Positions 60,958 through 64,000 of a stretch of DNA of 64,000 nt are shown piece by piece. The position numbers and the translations under genes are program-made. Within the stretch, counting starts at the first letter, position 1. Every line of letters begins with the position of its first letter. Where the stretch lies: contig JBMDXQ010000104.1 in the NCBI GenBank assembly GCA_048594975.1, positions 36,552 to 100,551 on the forward strand. The letters run 5' to 3'. The notes beneath the pieces were generated by a model. It was not told the DNA's origin and made no database searches. It saw only the letters and a list, made by a program, of their open reading frames with translations. The DNA is from Vicinamibacterales bacterium. GTDB lineage: Bacteria; Acidobacteriota; Vicinamibacteria; Vicinamibacterales; 2-12-FULL-66-21.

Positions 60958-63900
60958 ATGAGGAGTAGGTCCATCGGGAACGCCTGCGCCGCGCTCGTCC
61001 TGCTCGCGTGCCTCCTGGGCACCGCCCCCGTCGCCGCCCAGACGGTGACCGGCACGATCCAGGGAACCGTCACGGACACCAGCGGCGGCGTGCTGCCGGG
61101 CGTGACCGTGACGATCACCCAGACGGCGACGCGCGCCGAGCGCACCGTCGTCACGAACGAAGTCGGGTTCTTCAGTGCGCCGTACCTGCCGATTGGCCCC
61201 TACAAGCTCGTCGCCACGCTGTCGGGGTTCGGCTCGGTCGTGCGCGAGGGCATCACGCTCGGCCTCAACGACACGCGTGTCGTCGACTTCACGTTGAATC
61301 CGGCGGTCACCGAGAGCGTGACGGTCACGGGGGACGCGCCGCCGATCAACAAGACGAGCGCCGAGATCAAGGGGTCGTTGACCGCCGACCAGATCATGGA
61401 CAAGCCGACGCTGGCCGCCGGCAGCTTCCTGACGCTGGCCGAGACCTTCACCGGCTTCCAGGAGAACCCGACGTCAGGGCAGAACAACCCGACGGCGTCG
61501 TCCGGGTCTTCGATCAACTTCAACAACACCGGCACACGCGGCGCGACGTTCCAGATCAACGGCGTGAACAACGACGACTCGTCGGAGAACCAGAACCGGC
61601 AGGGTGCGGCGCTCTCGACGATCCAGGAATTCCAGGTCCTCAAGAACGGCTACTCGGCCGAGTTCGGCCGCGGCGACGGCGCCGTCGTGCTGGTGCAGAC
61701 TAAGTCGGGGACCAACGAGGTGAACGGGGACGCCTACACCTATTACCAGGACAACCAGCTGAACGCGCGGAACTACTTTGCGGCGCCGGGGTCGCCGAAG
61801 GCGAAGCGGCAGCGCAACCAGTACGGGTTCACCATCGGCATGCCGATCGTCCGGAACAAGCTGTTCGGTTTCGGCAACGTCGATCGCACGGCCTTCGACG
61901 GCGAGAACAACCTCACGAGGGACCTGATCCTGCAATCCGAGATAAACGGACCGTGGCTGACGCGCGGCAACGACACACCCGAGAATCGCGCGTGGATCCA
62001 GAGCATCATCGACAGGTTCCCGTCCTCGATGACGCCGAACGACCCGCGCAGCCCGCGCACATGGTTCGGTGCCAACCAGATCGACTGGCCCGACGAGGAC
62101 TATTCGGGACGGCTCGACTGGAACATGGGCCAGAACGCCCAGCTCACGGGCCGCTATCAGTACACGCACCAGATTCGCGAGACCGAGGACGTCATCATCG
62201 GCGAGAACGCGATGCAGGACAACGAGCAGCAGAACCTCGGCATCACGTGGACGCGCGTCTTCGGACCGCGGATCGTCGGCGAGGCACGGTACGGACTCGG
62301 CGTGCGATCGACGAACGTCGACATCGCGGCCGGCAACGACACGCCGATCGTGCGGTTCACCGGGACGCCCGTGACCGGTTCGATCATCGGCAACGCCGGC
62401 AACTTCCCGATCCACCGCGACCAGACCGATCAGCAGTTCGTCTCCAACCTGACCTGGCAGTGGGCGGCGACGCACTCGTTGAGGACGGGCGCCGACGTTC
62501 GCCTGCAGCAACTCGACGACCTCGCCGACAACTTCTCGCGCGGGTTCTGGACGTTCACGACGTCGTGCGGCGGCGTGACCTACGCCACGCCGTACGCCGC
62601 GTTCTTCGACGGCTGTGTGAATCGGTTCCAGAAGGCGTACGGGCCGTTCTTTCTCGAAAACCGGATGAACGAGTGGAACGTGTACGTGCAGGATGACTAT
62701 CGCATCCGCGACAACCTCACGCTGAACCTCGGCCTCCGCTACGAGTACGTCGCGGCTCCGAACGAGATCGAGAACCGGATCGACTACCTCTACGGAGCCG
62801 ACACGGATAACATCGAGCCGCGGCTTGGCTTCGCGTACGTGCCCAGGTGGGATTCCGGGTGGCTCGAGAAACTGAGTGGCGGCGCCGGCAACATGTCGTT
62901 CCGCGGCGGCTGGGGCATTTACGACGGCCGCATCTTCCAGTCGGTGTTCTCGCAGGGCGGCGCGAACGTTCGCTTCAACCCGCCGAACGCGCTGGACCGG
63001 ACCTGGTTGAACCAGCTGCCCAACGCGCTGGTCGTGTCCGATCCCTCGATGGGGTTCGTCTTCACGCCGGGTCCGCAGACCAGCCGCGTCAATCTGACGC
63101 TGCCCGACGAGGCTCTCGAGATGCCGTCCACGACGAAGTGGAACGTGTCGGTCGAGCGCGTCATGCCGTTCGATTCGAGCCTGCGGGTCACCTATACGCA
63201 CAACTACAACGGCAAGCGGCTCAAGTACGCCCTGGACAACCTGCCGCTGTCGCCGCTCGACGGCCCCGTAACCGTCGTCGATCACCCGTTCAACGCGCCG
63301 ACCGGCACGTTTCCGGATCTGCGGGGCCGGCAGATCACCGCCGTCGCGGCGGACGTGAACTGCGCGGGTACCGGCTTCTACGGCATCCTGCCCACGGCGG
63401 CCTGTCCGAACGCGGTACCCATCGCCGACCACGAGATCAGCTACCGGGTGCCGCGGACCAACGAGCGGCGTCCGAACCCGTTGTACGGGTCCAACCTGCT
63501 CATCAGCAACGATGCCGAGAGCTGGTACGACGGCCTCGAGCTCGAGTGGGTGAAGCGCATGTCGCACGGCCTGCAGTTCCAGGTCGCGTACACGTTCAGC
63601 AAGTCGACGGATACGACCTCGGAGGCGACGTTCGTCGGCGCCGGCGACTCCAACCAGCAGGGGCCGAACAGCGCCTACGCAAAAGGGTTGTCCCGCTTTC
63701 ACGTGCCGCACCGGCTCACGTTCAACGGGAGCTATCGTCTGCCGTTCTTCGTCGACCGGAGCGACTTGGTGGGGCAGGCGTTCGGCGGATGGTACCTGTC
63801 CGGCGTGCTCAAAGTGTCGTCCGGCACGCCGTTCACGGTCACGTCCACCGGGCTCGATCTCGACTTCGACGGCTTCGCGGAGGGGCGTCCGGTCATCCTC

Positions 63901-64000
63901 GACCGGTCGGTGCTCGGCGCCCGCGTGGACGATCCCGCGACGTCGCAGGAGCGGCTGCCGAGATCGGCATTCCGCACGCAGCAGTGGGGCGACACTGAAG
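60958..64000 (+). CDS. TonB-dependent outer-membrane receptor with N-terminal carboxypeptidase-regulatory-like domain; 3' end beyond right edge
   Basis: Not in the ORF track because there is no stop in the window. ATG at 60958 follows GGGAG. Translation begins MRSRSIGNACAALVLLACLLGTAPVAAQTVTGTIQGTVTDTSGGVLPGVTVTITQTATRAERTVVTNEVGFFSAPYLPIGPYKLVATLSGF. Later in the same frame it reads WYDGLELEWVKRMSHGLQFQVAYTFSKSTD and HRLTFNGSYRLPFF. The frame stays open to 64000. Confidence 0.85.
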   Translation, partial: MRSRSIGNACAALVLLACLLGTAPVAAQTVTGTIQGTVTDTSGGVLPGVTVTITQTATRAERTVVTNEVGFFSAPYLPIGPYKLVATLSGFGSVVREGITLGLNDTRVVDFTLNPAVTESVTVTGDAPPINKTSAEIKGSLTADQIMDKPTLAAGSFLTLAETFTGFQENPTSGQNNPTASSGSSINFNNTGTRGATFQINGVNNDDSSENQNRQGAALSTIQEFQVLKNGYSAEFGRGDGAVVLVQTKSGTNEVNGDAYTYYQDNQLNARNYFAAPGSPKAKRQRNQYGFTIGMPIVRNKLFGFGNVDRTAFDGENNLTRDLILQSEINGPWLTRGNDTPENRAWIQSIIDRFPSSMTPNDPRSPRTWFGANQIDWPDEDYSGRLDWNMGQNAQLTGRYQYTHQIRETEDVIIGENAMQDNEQQNLGITWTRVFGPRIVGEARYGLGVRSTNVDIAAGNDTPIVRFTGTPVTGSIIGNAGNFPIHRDQTDQQFVSNLTWQWAATHSLRTGADVRLQQLDDLADNFSRGFWTFTTSCGGVTYATPYAAFFDGCVNRFQKAYGPFFLENRMNEWNVYVQDDYRIRDNLTLNLGLRYEYVAAPNEIENRIDYLYGADTDNIEPRLGFAYVPRWDSGWLEKLSGGAGNMSFRGGWGIYDGRIFQSVFSQGGANVRFNPPNALDRTWLNQLPNALVVSDPSMGFVFTPGPQTSRVNLTLPDEALEMPSTTKWNVSVERVMPFDSSLRVTYTHNYNGKRLKYALDNLPLSPLDGPVTVVDHPFNAPTGTFPDLRGRQITAVAADVNCAGTGFYGILPTAACPNAVPIADHEISYRVPRTNERRPNPLYGSNLLISNDAESWYDGLELEWVKRMSHGLQFQVAYTFSKSTDTTSEATFVGAGDSNQQGPNSAYAKGLSRFHVPHRLTFNGSYRLPFFVDRSDLVGQAFGGWYLSGVLKVSSGTPFTVTSTGLDLDFDGFAEGRPVILDRSVLGARVDDPATSQERLPRSAFRTQQWGDTE

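Overview
GC-rich bacterial chromosomal segment in which nearly all third codon positions of real genes are G/C. The gene content looks like a soil Acidobacteriota-type organism, but that is inference only. I can support about 50 protein genes. I saw no rRNA, tRNA, CRISPR array, transposase or integrase.

Housekeeping blocks: gcvT-gcvH-gcvP, a class IV aminotransferase, nnr, tsaE, guaB, secA, an M23 peptidase, comM/yifB, an ECF sigma/anti-sigma/DUF4252 triad, and MltD-like and Slt-like transglycosylases.

Unusual blocks:
(i) Left end: a large unknown protein that runs off the edge and is missing from the ORF track, an unlisted 44-aa membrane ORF followed by a signal-less PGRP-type amidase, and an orphan hcp paired with a TPR/SAM-methyltransferase.
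(ii) A tight operon of three di-haem c-type cytochromes surrounding a twin-arginine-signal Old Yellow Enzyme-like flavoprotein with a 4-Cys Fe-S motif. This is my best candidate for an undescribed system.
(iii) A Ser/Thr kinase plus an AAA+ enhancer-binding protein with a degenerate GAFTGA loop, flanked by decayed genes, including a head-to-head junction of two 5'-truncated genes.
(iv) A two-gene BMC-H plus acylating aldehyde dehydrogenase module.
(v) A type IV pilus/T2SS-like cluster whose secretin is a lipoprotein with an N-terminal TPR region and a C-terminal cohesin-like domain.
(vi) A TonB-dependent receptor (runs off the right edge) divergent from a GHL10/symporter/beta-lactamase-fold operon.

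Two conspicuous non-coding repeat arrays are present: an inverted GGTTCC/GGAACC array near 33.6-33.8 kb and a GAGTC-rich array near 52.4-52.5 kb.

All functional calls come from my own reading of the translations. No database search or computation was possible.
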